Below the pieces are notes generated by a model that ran no database searches, had not been told where the DNA came from, and saw nothing but the letters and a program-made list of their open reading frames with translations. Below, piece after piece: positions 46,752 through 55,886 of a stretch of DNA of 64,000 nucleotides (the stretch's first letter is position 1; every line of letters starts with the position of its first letter). This DNA is from an uncultured Actinomycetes bacterium. GTDB lineage: Bacteria; Actinomycetota; UBA4738; HRBIN12. Position numbers and translations under genes: made by a program. The stretch spans positions 338,950-402,949 of the forward strand of contig CAWCMT010000005.1 in NCBI GenBank assembly GCA_963796725.1, given 5' to 3'.

Positions 46752-48050
46752 CTACGAACTGGCCAGATACCGATCCCTTTCCCACTCCGTCACGTGATCG
46801 CGGAAGGCCGCCTCCTCTCGGCGACCCTGAAGCGACAGAACCTCCACCAACGTCTCCCCGAACACGTCCTTGCAGAACGCGCTCCGCTCGAAGCGGCCGA
46901 CGGCCTCGCCCAGGGTGGACGGGAGCCGCTCCAGCGTGTCGTCCTTGTAGGCGTCGCCCTCCACGGGTTCAGGCACCAGCAGGGAACGCGCGATGCCGTC
47001 GGCGCCTGAAGCGATCGATCCCGCGAGGATCAGGTAGGGATTCGCGTCGGAGGAAGGCGTGCGGATCTCCAGGCGCCGCCCGCTACGGTCGCCCGCCGGC
47101 ACCCGTACGGCCGCCGTTCGATTGTCCAGCCCCCACGACACCCGGTTCGGAGCGTACGTATAGTCCTTCAGGCGTTTGTACGCGTTCACGCTCGGCAGGT
47201 TGACGGCCGTGAGGTCGGCCGTATGCTCAAGCACCCCGGCCACGTACGCTCGGAACACCGCCTCCTCTTCGGCGAACACGTTCTCCTCAGAGTCCTTGGT
47301 ACGCAAGCTCTCGTGCAGATGATGCCCACTCCCCTCCTCGCCCTGGAACGGCATCGGCATGAATGTCGCGCGCAGGCCGTGGCGCGCCGCGAGCATCTTC
47401 ACGACATACTTCAGCAGGACAGCGTTGTCGGCCGTGTCGATGGGACTGGCCGGGCCGACGTTGATCTCCATCTGCCCCGGACCGCCCTCCGTTTGACTCG
47501 ACTCCACGGGCACACCCGCCGCCAGCAGCGTGGCACGTATCTCCCCGATCACGGGCTCGTACTCCGCGCCCCTGGTCATCGACCAACACCGATGATCCTC
47601 GTATACCGGCCGCCAATCTTGGGTGCACAGATAGAACTCGAGCTCACAGGCGGCCCAGGACTCGAAGCCGAGATCGCCCAGCGTGTCCAGTGAGCGCCGC
47701 AGTATCCCGCGCGTGTCGAGGGGACTCGGCTCGCCGTCTCGATCCAGGAAGGTATCCATCAGGCAGAACGCCGTTCGTTCGGCCCACGGGGCCGCCCTCA
47801 ACGTCGAGAGGTCGGGTGCCACGTGCATGTTGGGGAACCCCGTGTCCGCGCTGGCATGGGGCGTGGGCTCGATCTCGCCGAGGATGTTCCAGGCCAGTGG
47901 CGCGTTGGGCATGCTGATGCCACGCTCGGCGGCCGCCAGGAACGACCCGGAGGACAACCTCCGCCCCACCAACGCTCCCCAAAGGTCCGGGAAACAGCAC
48001 TCCACGGTGTCGATCGAGCCTAGGAACCGCTCGGTTTCCGCCAGATCCAT
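46752..48050 (-). CDS. Glutamine synthetase family protein (gamma-glutamyl-amine synthetase, PuuA/GlnA-like)
   Basis: ..ELEFYL..ESSQTEGGPGQMEINV..ATFMPMPF..GSGHHLHESL..NAYKRL..APNRVSWGLDNRTAAVRVP..LEIRTPSSDANPYL are GS catalytic-domain motifs. Confidence 0.9.
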   Translation of the reverse strand: MDLAETERFLGSIDTVECCFPDLWGALVGRRLSSGSFLAAAERGISMPNAPLAWNILGEIEPTPHASADTGFPNMHVAPDLSTLRAAPWAERTAFCLMDTFLDRDGEPSPLDTRGILRRSLDTLGDLGFESWAACELEFYLCTQDWRPVYEDHRCWSMTRGAEYEPVIGEIRATLLAAGVPVESSQTEGGPGQMEINVGPASPIDTADNAVLLKYVVKMLAARHGLRATFMPMPFQGEEGSGHHLHESLRTKDSEENVFAEEEAVFRAYVAGVLEHTADLTAVNLPSVNAYKRLKDYTYAPNRVSWGLDNRTAAVRVPAGDRSGRRLEIRTPSSDANPYLILAGSIASGADGIARSLLVPEPVEGDAYKDDTLERLPSTLGEAVGRFERSAFCKDVFGETLVEVLSLQGRREEAAFRDHVTEWERDRYLASS

Positions 48051-48117
48051 CGCGTGAGGCTCCTCCCTCGGCAGGTCGTTCGGATGGTAGCCGTCCCTAC
48101 GGGAGCGCGCCAGGCAG

Positions 48118-48147
48118 CCCTGTTATCATGTGGTCTGCTCACCATAT
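48118..48147. promoter_or_regulatory. AT-rich element in the divergent GS-like/SDR promoter region. It holds a reverse-strand CATGATAACAGGG (motif copy b) abutting the dyad ATGTGGT-N6-ACCATAT.
   Basis: Read from the sequence. The TGGT-N6-ACCA core resembles GntR/FadR-type operators. It is the lowest-G+C stretch I noticed in the window. Confidence 0.45.
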
Positions 48148-48167
48148 ATCTCTGGAGTCGGGTGGTG

Positions 48168-48914
48168 ATGATGCAGGACGAGACGTTCAGCCGGCTGTCG
48201 GGGTTGGCGGGCATCGTGACGGGTGCGGGGCGCGGGATCGGCGAGGGTTGCGCCAGGAAGCTCGCGGGTTACGGCGCCCGAGTGCTGCTCGCCGATCTGG
48301 ACGAGGGTCGCCTGCGCCAGGTCGCCGCAAAGATCCGCGACGCCGGGGGCGAGGCCGAGACCCAGGTAACCGATGTCCGGGATTGGCCGAGCGTCGAGGC
48401 CCTCGCGGCCACTTGCCTCGAGAGGTTCGGTGCGATCGACTTCGTGGTTGCGAACGCTGGCATCGGCAGCTATAGCGCGCTGCACGACGGCGATCCGACC
48501 CTCTGGAGGCGCGTCGTCGAGACCAACCTCCTGGGTGTCCTCCACACCGTGCGCGCCACCTATCCGCAGATGAAGGAAGCGGGCAGGGGGCACATCGTGC
48601 TGATGGCCTCCATCGCCGGACGACAGACGTGGGTGGGGGAGCCGATCTATATCGCCACGAAATGGGGGGTGGTGGGATTCGGGTGGGCGCTGCGGAAGGA
48701 AGCCATCCCGCACAACGTACGCGTCACGATGATCGAGCCCGGGATGGTGGACACGCCACTCTTGCAGGAGACGGAGGAGGGGCGCGGCGAGATCGAGCGA
48801 TTCGCCTCGTTGTCGATCGACGACGTGGCGCGCGCGGTGGCCTTCGCTCTCGCGCAGCCGGAGGGCGTCGCGGTAAGTGAGCTCATGATCACGCCAGTCG
48901 GCCCCGAGCTCTAG
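48168..48914 (+). CDS. Short-chain dehydrogenase/reductase (SDR)
   Basis: From ATG 48168: ..GIVTGAGRGIGEG (TGxxxGxG)..NAGIG..SIAGRQ..YIATKWGVVGF (YxxxK). Confidence 0.9.
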   Translation: MMQDETFSRLSGLAGIVTGAGRGIGEGCARKLAGYGARVLLADLDEGRLRQVAAKIRDAGGEAETQVTDVRDWPSVEALAATCLERFGAIDFVVANAGIGSYSALHDGDPTLWRRVVETNLLGVLHTVRATYPQMKEAGRGHIVLMASIAGRQTWVGEPIYIATKWGVVGFGWALRKEAIPHNVRVTMIEPGMVDTPLLQETEEGRGEIERFASLSIDDVARAVAFALAQPEGVAVSELMITPVGPEL

Positions 48915-48925
48915 CGGAGCCGCGC

Positions 48926-50055
48926 GTGGCCCGGACCAACCCCAACCACACCCAGCACCCCGAGCGACTCGGCTCTCGAGGAGTCATCGGTCGTTCGATC
49001 CACGAGATCACGACCCCCGCGCTCGTGCTGGACCTCGCCGCCGCGCGGCGCAACGTCGCCACGATGGCCGAGCGGATGGCCGCGTTGCCCGCCGACCTGC
49101 GCCCTCACATCAAGGTGCACAAGTGCGCACAGCTCGCACGCTGCAACTCGATGCAGGTGCGATCGGTGTCACGACCGCCACCGTCGAGGAGGCCGTGGCG
49201 ATGGCCGGGTCTGGGGTGCCCGACATCTTGGTGGCGAACCAGGTGGTGAATCCGGCGTCGATCGAGCGGCTCGTCGCCGCGGCCCGGGATCACAGGATCC
49301 TGGTGGCGGTGGACGACGAGGGCAACGTCGCAGCGTTGGGACGAGCCGCTGTCGCAGCGGGTGTCGTGCTGGGCGTGCTCGTCGAGCGCGATGTCGGGCT
49401 GGGCCGTGGTGGCGCCAGGAACCTGGTGGGAGTTGTCGAGCTCGCAGAACGAACCGCCGAGACACCGGGCCTGACGTTCGAAGGGCTGATGGGCTACGAG
49501 GGCCACGTGGCGAGCGAGATCGATCTTGGAGCGCGGACGCGTGGAACCAGGGCGAGCATGGCGCTCTTGGCCGAAGCGGTCCAGGCATGTCGAGGAGCGG
49601 GCCTCCCGGTCGCGACCGTTTCGGGCGGCTCGACGGGGACGTTCGAGATCACGGGTCGCGTACCCACCGTGACGGAGGTGCAAGCTGGCTCGTACGTGTT
49701 GATGGATCGCTTCCACGCGCCGTTGGTCGAGGGGTTCGAGCATGCGCTCACCGTGGCCACGACGGTTATCGGGCGTCACGACAACCTCGTGATCCTCGAC
49801 GCGGGGCGCAAGGCCATGGAGGTGGAACTGCGTCCGCCGCTCGGCCCAGGACCCGACGCCACGCTCGCCTTCGTGAACGAGGAGCACATGGGTTTCACAT
49901 ACGACCGAGGCGCGCCGATCCGTCTGGGCGACCTCGTCCGGCTCGTTCCCGGCTACGCCCCAACCACGGTCAATCTCTTCGGATCCTACGTCGTGGTGGA
50001 CGGGGAGAAGATCGTCGACGTCTGGCCGGTCCTCGCTCGTCACGGGTCACCGTGA
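48926..50055 (+). pseudogene. D-threonine aldolase / D-serine dehydratase-like PLP enzyme (alanine-racemase-fold, DSD1 family); one frame break ~49140
   Basis: ..TPALVLDLAAARRNVATMAERMA..LRPHIKVHKCAQLAR (PLP Lys) is in ORF 48926. It continues LQLDAGAIGVTTATVEEAVAMA.. in ORF 49123..50055. Confidence 0.8.
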
Positions 50056-51695
50056 GAGCGGGCTCCCTGTCTGCGGAGCTCGACGGCGTCGACCTCCTTT
50101 CGGTTCGCTGGGGCGGCCTCGAGGTCGCGTCCCGGATCCAGGTCACGGTGCGCGACGAACGGTGGGGCACCCTCAGGCCGACGCCGCGTCGGGCGGAACT
50201 GGACCAGCGTGCTGACGGCTTCACCCTCGCCCTGGAGGCGGTTCACGCCGACGGGGCGTTCGCCTGGCGTGGGACGGTCATGGCGGCAGCGGACGGGAGG
50301 CTGGACTTCGAGATCGACGCCGTTGCCGAACGCGACTTCGTGTACCGACGGATCGGGATCTGCGTGGAGCACCCGTGGGCGCCCTACGTCGACGCCACGT
50401 TCCGGGCCTCGGGCGCGGGACATGATACTCAGGGGACCTTCCCCAGGGAGATCGCCCCTCAGCCCATGGTCGACGGCGGTCTACAACCGCTGGTACCGGC
50501 GTTCCGGAACCTCGCGATCGACTTCGTTGAAGGTGTGCGCGCGACGTTCATGTTCGATGGAGAACCCGAGGGCCACGAGTTGGAGGATCAGCGGAATTGG
50601 ACGGACGCCTCCTTCAAGTCGTACCCCACGCCACTGCGGATCTCGGATCCGCGCCGCTTCCGTCGAGGGGAACGGCTGCGGCAACGGCTCTCGCTCCACG
50701 TGGAGGGACCGGCCCAAGGATCACGTGATGATCAAGCCCCCATCCGTCTCACGATCGGCGGTCCAACCGCTCACGTGATGCCGGATGTCGGGGTCAGCGC
50801 CCCAGTGGGGCCGGCCGACATCCGTGCGCTCCACGAACTCGATCCGGCACACCTCCGGCTCGAGGTCTCGCCGGCCGAGGCCGAGGCAACGCTAGAGGCC
50901 GCCTCGAGCCTTGCCCGGGTCTCGGAAGTGCCACTCGAGCTCGTCTACCTGACCGACGACGTATCCCCAACAGCTCCGGGCGCGGACGTGCCACTCGCAC
51001 GCGTGATGGTGCTCCGGCGCAGCGGGGCCACGTCAGACGGCTCGTTCATCGCTCGCCATCGGGCTCGGCTGAAGCGCGACGGCATCCCGTTCTGCGGCGG
51101 TACCGCCTCCCATTTCTCCGAGCTCAACCGTCGACATCCCGACCCGCGAGGGATGGATGCCATCGCGCTGGCAGTAACCCCGCAGATGCACACGATCGAC
51201 GAACGCTCGATGGTGGCGACGCTGGAGATCCAGGGTCGGATCGTAACCCGTCTTCAAGCGCTGACGGATGGTCTGCCTGTGGTGGTCTCGCCGGTGACGC
51301 TCGCTGCACATCACGGCTCACGGGACGACGTCAACGTGCCCGACGAACGGGTGCACTCGGCTTTCGCAGCCGCGTGGACGGCGGGATCGCTCGCCAACCT
51401 CGCACAGGCCGGCGCTGCTTCCGTCACCGTGCATGAGGCCGTGGATCGCACGGTCCTCGCGTCCGCCGCGCTCTCGGCGGTCGTCCGGGAGCTCACAGCG
51501 CGCCGGCGCCTGATGCTGAGTGCCGTCCGTTCGTCGGATCCGCGCCGAGTCGTCGCGATAGCGGCGGGCGACTCGCCGATCCTGCTGGCGAACCTCACGC
51601 GGGAGGAGCAGGAAGTCGTGCTAGAGGGTTCGGTGAAGGGACACAGGGCGCTCGGACCCTACGAAGTGGTGCCGGTGGAACGATCTCTTCGGTAG
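50052..51695 (+). CDS. Conserved-looking hypothetical protein (547 aa), translationally coupled to the preceding PLP enzyme
   Basis: This is the C-terminal 547 codons of ORF 49587..51695, from GTG 50052 (GTGA overlap). Codon bias is good throughout. I cannot assign a family. Confidence 0.7.
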   Translation: MRAGSLSAELDGVDLLSVRWGGLEVASRIQVTVRDERWGTLRPTPRRAELDQRADGFTLALEAVHADGAFAWRGTVMAAADGRLDFEIDAVAERDFVYRRIGICVEHPWAPYVDATFRASGAGHDTQGTFPREIAPQPMVDGGLQPLVPAFRNLAIDFVEGVRATFMFDGEPEGHELEDQRNWTDASFKSYPTPLRISDPRRFRRGERLRQRLSLHVEGPAQGSRDDQAPIRLTIGGPTAHVMPDVGVSAPVGPADIRALHELDPAHLRLEVSPAEAEATLEAASSLARVSEVPLELVYLTDDVSPTAPGADVPLARVMVLRRSGATSDGSFIARHRARLKRDGIPFCGGTASHFSELNRRHPDPRGMDAIALAVTPQMHTIDERSMVATLEIQGRIVTRLQALTDGLPVVVSPVTLAAHHGSRDDVNVPDERVHSAFAAAWTAGSLANLAQAGAASVTVHEAVDRTVLASAALSAVVRELTARRRLMLSAVRSSDPRRVVAIAAGDSPILLANLTREEQEVVLEGSVKGHRALGPYEVVPVERSLR

Positions 51696-52375
51696 TGCGG
51701 ATCCATCGAGGTCACGTGCTCCAGCATGCGCAGTCGGGCGAGCTCTCCATCGCCCGATGCGATCGCCTCGAGGATGCGCGTGTGCTGCTCCAGTTCCCAA
51801 TGCGCGTAGCCCTCGGTCGTTTGGTACAGCTGGGGACCGAGCTCGAAAGCCAGACGGAAGAATGGACGGACCACACCTGCGAGCACCGGGTTACCGCCGG
51901 CGTCGGCCACGAGCAGGTGGAACTGCGAGGCTTCCACCACGGGCCGTTCGAGTTCGTCCATGCGCGCTCGGTGGTGGTCCAGAACCTCCTGCATGCCGAC
52001 GAGATCCTCCTCGGTACGACGCTCGGCGGCCAATCGGGCAAGCTCGACCTCGATGATCCGTCGGGCCTCGAGGAGCGCCGGGGTGATGACCTTGGGCTCG
52101 GCGTCAGGCGAGTCCTTCGGGATCGGCGGCGGCTCCGCCACGAACACTCCCTGGCCGTGCCTGATCTCGATCACGCCGATCATCGCGAGGCCGTTGAGCG
52201 CCTCACGCACCGTCGAGCGTCCACATTTCAGGCGCTGGGTCAGCTCGCGCTCGGCAGGCAAGCGCGTGCCCGGCGGCAGATCGCGAACGGCTACCAGGAT
52301 CTGCTGCGCCACGGTCTCCGCCAATTTCTTCCGGGGCGCCTGGTTGATCTCCAGTGCTGGGAACTCTCCGTCCAC
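51659..52375 (-). CDS. GntR family transcriptional regulator (FadR-type C-terminal domain)
   Basis: The HTH is LPAERELTQRLKCGRSTVREALNGLAMIGVIEIRHGQGVFV. An all-helical FCD-like C-terminus follows. Confidence 0.9.
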   Translation of the reverse strand: MDGEFPALEINQAPRKKLAETVAQQILVAVRDLPPGTRLPAERELTQRLKCGRSTVREALNGLAMIGVIEIRHGQGVFVAEPPPIPKDSPDAEPKVITPALLEARRIIEVELARLAAERRTEEDLVGMQEVLDHHRARMDELERPVVEASQFHLLVADAGGNPVLAGVVRPFFRLAFELGPQLYQTTEGYAHWELEQHTRILEAIASGDGELARLRMLEHVTSMDPHYRRDRSTGTTS

Positions 52376-52385
52376 GATCGCGAGT

Positions 52386-52880
52386 CTAGCCCTTTCCCTC
52401 GTCGGGTCCTGAGGTGGCCGGGGTATGGGCGGCGCGTTGGATCAATTCGATCTGCACACCGTCGGGATCGAACACGTAGACGCCTTTGCCACCCGCGTAA
52501 GCGCCCACCACCATGTCGACAGGCTTCGGGGTGCGGGAGCGCACGCCCGCGGCCCGCAGTTCCTCCAAGAGGGCGTCCAGATCGTCCACCAGCAGTGACA
52601 GGTGCGATCGACCGGGTTCGTTCTCCTGGCCCATGGGCACCTCATCGTCGCTCACCGGCCTGAGGTACTGCATCAGCTCGACCCTGCCTCCGCCGGGAAC
52701 CCGGAGCTCGACCCATTCCAGTTTCGTGTCATCCAGCGCCACCAGGCGGTCGATGTGCTCCCACTCGATCACGCCACGGCCCACTACCTCGAGGCCCAAC
52801 AGGCCCTCCCAGAAGGCGAGCGAACGTTCCATATCGCGCACCGTGGCGCCGAAATGATCCGTCCCGGTCACGACTCCCAT
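52386..52880 (-). CDS. VOC (glyoxalase/bleomycin-resistance/dioxygenase) family protein
   Basis: From ATG 52880: MGVVTGTDHFGATVRDMERSLAFWEGLLGLEVV..SHLSLLVDDLDALLEEL..VFDPDGVQIELI. Confidence 0.85.
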   Translation of the reverse strand: MGVVTGTDHFGATVRDMERSLAFWEGLLGLEVVGRGVIEWEHIDRLVALDDTKLEWVELRVPGGGRVELMQYLRPVSDDEVPMGQENEPGRSHLSLLVDDLDALLEELRAAGVRSRTPKPVDMVVGAYAGGKGVYVFDPDGVQIELIQRAAHTPATSGPDEGKG

Positions 52881-52933
52881 GCTCGAGATCCACCCCCGCT
52901 GCCGACCGTGATCGAACGGTCGAAGCAACTGTT

Positions 52934-52946
52934 CAGATAACCTGCT
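52934..52946. promoter_or_regulatory. Copy c of the recurring motif (CAGATAACCTGCT), immediately upstream of the E1-alpha gene
   Basis: It is an identical 13-mer to 56752..56764 and ends 5 nt before GTG 52952. Confidence 0.5.
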
Positions 52947-52951
52947 GACCT

Positions 52952-53926
52952 GTGGACGATGCTACCATGCGTGCCATGGCTGGCACCGAGGTCGCGGAGC
53001 GCACGCTCGCGTTCGAACGACTCGTGTTGATCCGCAAGTTCGAGGAAGAGGCAAGGCGCTTGTACCTCGCGGCTTCCATCCCTGGAGCCGTCCACCTGGC
53101 GACAGGACACGAGGCCGTGAGCGTCGGCGTGGGCTCGGCGATCGGCCCCCGGGACTGGGTGACCTGCACGTACCGGGGGCACGGCCATGCCTTGACGAGA
53201 GGCGTTCCCCCACGCGCCCTGATGGCGGAGATGCTCGGACGTGCCACCGGGATCTGCGGCGGTCGGTCAGGGTCGATGAACATCGTGGCACGTGAGCATC
53301 GACTGCTGGGTTCCTTCGGGATAGTCGGCGGCAGCATGGCCGCCGCGACGGGCGCCGCGCTGAGCCTTCGGGGGACGGGGGGCGCTGCCGTCGCCTTCTT
53401 CGGGGACGGGGCGGCGAACCAAGGTTACTTCCTGGAGTGTCTGAACCTCGCCGCGGTGATGTCCCTTCCGGCTCTGTACGTCTGCGAGAACAACCTGTAC
53501 AGCGAGTACACGCGCACCGATCTGGTGACGGCAGGCTCCATCGTCGATCGGGTTGGGGCGTTGGGCATCATGACCGACGTCGTGGACGGCATGGACGTGC
53601 GCGCCGTCGACGCCTCGGCCCACTCCGCCCTTAGGGCGATCCGGGATGGCGCGGGACCCAGGTTCATCGAGGCCTTGACCTATCGCTACGTCCCGCACAG
53701 CCGCTCGGACCCGGTGACGTACCAGCCCGAGGAGGAGGTCCAAGCCTGGAAGGAACGCGACCCCATCAGATTGGAGCGGGCGAGGCTGCTGGAAGACGGT
53801 GTCGAAGAGGAGCGCATCGATGCCCTCGTCCACGGGATCGAGGAGACGGTCGCCAGGGACATCGAGGCCGCTTTCTCCGACCCTTTCCCAGATCCCGCGT
53901 CCATCCGGGAAGGGGAGTTCCTATGA
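52952..53926 (+). CDS. Thiamine-diphosphate-dependent 2-oxoacid/acetoin dehydrogenase E1 component, alpha subunit
   Basis: ..ERLVLIRKFEEEARRLY..GAVHLATGHEAV..YRGHGHAL..GGSMNI..FFGDGAANQGYF.ECLNLA..LPALYVCENNLY. Alternative ATG starts lie at 52967 and 52976. Confidence 0.9.
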   Translation: MDDATMRAMAGTEVAERTLAFERLVLIRKFEEEARRLYLAASIPGAVHLATGHEAVSVGVGSAIGPRDWVTCTYRGHGHALTRGVPPRALMAEMLGRATGICGGRSGSMNIVAREHRLLGSFGIVGGSMAAATGAALSLRGTGGAAVAFFGDGAANQGYFLECLNLAAVMSLPALYVCENNLYSEYTRTDLVTAGSIVDRVGALGIMTDVVDGMDVRAVDASAHSALRAIRDGAGPRFIEALTYRYVPHSRSDPVTYQPEEEVQAWKERDPIRLERARLLEDGVEEERIDALVHGIEETVARDIEAAFSDPFPDPASIREGEFL

Positions 53927-54897
53927 GCGACCAAGGGGTCTCGATCCGCGATGCCCTTCACGCCGCCCTGGCAGACGAACTCGAAACCGATCCGTCGGTC
54001 CTACTGCTGGGCGAGGACATCGCCGGCGCCGGGGGCGTGTTCCAGGTCACGCGCGGCTTGGTCGAGCGATTCGGGGCCGACCGAGTGATCGACACACCGA
54101 TCTCGGAGATGGCGCTAGCAGGAGCAGGGTTCGGCGCCGCCGCGACCGGCTCACGCCCGATCGTCGAGATCATGTTCGCCGACTTCCTGCTGCTGGCCAT
54201 GGACTCCATCGTCAACCAGGCAGCGAAGTACGCGTTCGTGTCCGGCGGCCAGGGCAGCGTGCCGATGGTCGTGCGCTGTGCGGTCGGGGGCGGCGCGCGG
54301 ATGGGTGCAATGCACTCCCAGATGCCAACCTCGTGGTTGATGGGGGTGCCGGGACTGAAGATCGTGGCGCCCAGCGATCCGGCCTCGGCCTACGGGCTAC
54401 TCCGAGCAGCCGTCCGTGATGACAACCCCGTGATCTTCCTCGAACACAAGATGCTCTACGCCGAGAAGGGGCCGATGTGGGGGCCGGATCCGATCCCTAT
54501 CGGGCGAGCCGTCGTCGTGCGTGAGGGTACGGAACTCACGATCGTGACCTCGATGCGGTCGACCCTGGATGCACTCGCCGCGGCTGGCCGGCTGAGCTCC
54601 GAGCACGGGATCGAGGCCACGGTCATCGATCTCCGCACCCTTCGTCCCATCGACATGGAGACGATCGGCTCCTCGGCTGCGTCCACGAACCGCGTGCTCG
54701 TGGTCGAGGAGGGTCCGAGGACCGGCGGTTGGGCAGGAGAGGTCGTCGCGTCGATCGTGGAAGCGCACTGGGGTGAGCTCGAGGAGCTGTGGCGCCTCAC
54801 ATCGCCCGACGTGCCCATCCCCTTCAGCGAGCCACTCGAGGACGCCTACCTCCCGAGAGCGGACGCGATCGTCCGGTCCGTGCTCGAGCACGCCTAG
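53923..54897 (+). CDS. 2-oxoacid/acetoin dehydrogenase E1 component, beta subunit
   Basis: ..LLLGEDIAGAGGVFQVTRGL..FGADRVIDTPISEMALAG..IVEIMFADFL..DLRTLRPIDMETI. It forms an ATGA overlap with the alpha subunit. Confidence 0.9.
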   Translation: MSDQGVSIRDALHAALADELETDPSVLLLGEDIAGAGGVFQVTRGLVERFGADRVIDTPISEMALAGAGFGAAATGSRPIVEIMFADFLLLAMDSIVNQAAKYAFVSGGQGSVPMVVRCAVGGGARMGAMHSQMPTSWLMGVPGLKIVAPSDPASAYGLLRAAVRDDNPVIFLEHKMLYAEKGPMWGPDPIPIGRAVVVREGTELTIVTSMRSTLDALAAAGRLSSEHGIEATVIDLRTLRPIDMETIGSSAASTNRVLVVEEGPRTGGWAGEVVASIVEAHWGELEELWRLTSPDVPIPFSEPLEDAYLPRADAIVRSVLEHA

Positions 54898-54911
54898 CGA
54901 GAAAGGTCTAG

Positions 54912-55886
54912 TCAGCCCCGCGCTGCGATCGCCTCGGCGGCGGCCCCGATCACCGCGTCGGCCGTGAGCCCATGCTTGCGAGCCACGTACGAGTTCGAAC
55001 CGAAGGAACAGAATTCGTCGCGCACTCCCACCGGGCGCACGGGAACGCCGGCTCCCTCGCGTGCCAGGACCTCGGAAACCGCGCTGAATAGCCCCCCGAT
55101 CACGGTGTGGTTCTCGGCCGTCACAAGGGCCCCTGTCTCGCGTGCGAAGGCAGCGACGCCCTCTCCGTCGAAGGGCTTGATCGTCGAGATCTTCAGTACG
55201 CCTGCGGAAACGCCACGATCCTGCATCGTGGCGGCGGCGTCGAGCGCCTGGCGAACCATGATGCTGCTGGCGATGATCCCGACGTCGGTGCCTTCGCGCA
55301 GGAGCTGCGCCGGACCGATCTCGAAGTGGTGCCCGTTGCGGTCCACGTCGAGCGTCTCCCGCCCGAGGAACTCCCGCAAGTAGACCGGCCCCTCGTAATC
55401 AACGGCGGCCTCGATCGCCTCCCCCATCTCGTGGTTGTCGCACGGATCCAGCACAACCATGTTCGGGAGCGCGCGCATGTGCGCGAGGTCGTCGATCCCT
55501 TGGTGTGTAGGCCCGAAAGTTGAGTAGATCCCGGGCAGCGCGGCCACGATCTTCACGTTGGCACGATTGAGCGCGCACTGGATCGCGATGAAGTCGAGCG
55601 CTCGCCGCGTGGCGAATGCCGCGAACGTCGTGGCCACAGGAATGAACCCGGCCTTCGACAAGCCCACAGCCACACTGATCAGATCCTGTTCGGCCATCCC
55701 CACGTTCAAGAACCGGTCTGGGAATCGTTGCGCGAATGGAGCAAGGCCCGTCACGCCTGCCACGTCTGCGGACAGGGTCACCACGTCCGGTCGTCGTTCC
55801 CCGATCTCGAGGATCGCCCTCCCGAAAGGACCCGACTTCTCCAAGACCACCGGATCAACTGACGGGTGAGCAGTGGCGTCGCTCAC
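54912..55886 (-). CDS. Transketolase, C-terminal (pyrimidine-binding plus C-terminal domain) subunit of a split enzyme
   Basis: From GTG 55886 (GTGA overlap): ..FPDRFLNVGMAEQDLISVAVGLS..GPTHQGIDDLAHMRALPNMVVLDP.. Confidence 0.9.
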   Translation of the reverse strand: MSDATAHPSVDPVVLEKSGPFGRAILEIGERRPDVVTLSADVAGVTGLAPFAQRFPDRFLNVGMAEQDLISVAVGLSKAGFIPVATTFAAFATRRALDFIAIQCALNRANVKIVAALPGIYSTFGPTHQGIDDLAHMRALPNMVVLDPCDNHEMGEAIEAAVDYEGPVYLREFLGRETLDVDRNGHHFEIGPAQLLREGTDVGIIASSIMVRQALDAAATMQDRGVSAGVLKISTIKPFDGEGVAAFARETGALVTAENHTVIGGLFSAVSEVLAREGAGVPVRPVGVRDEFCSFGSNSYVARKHGLTADAVIGAAAEAIAARG

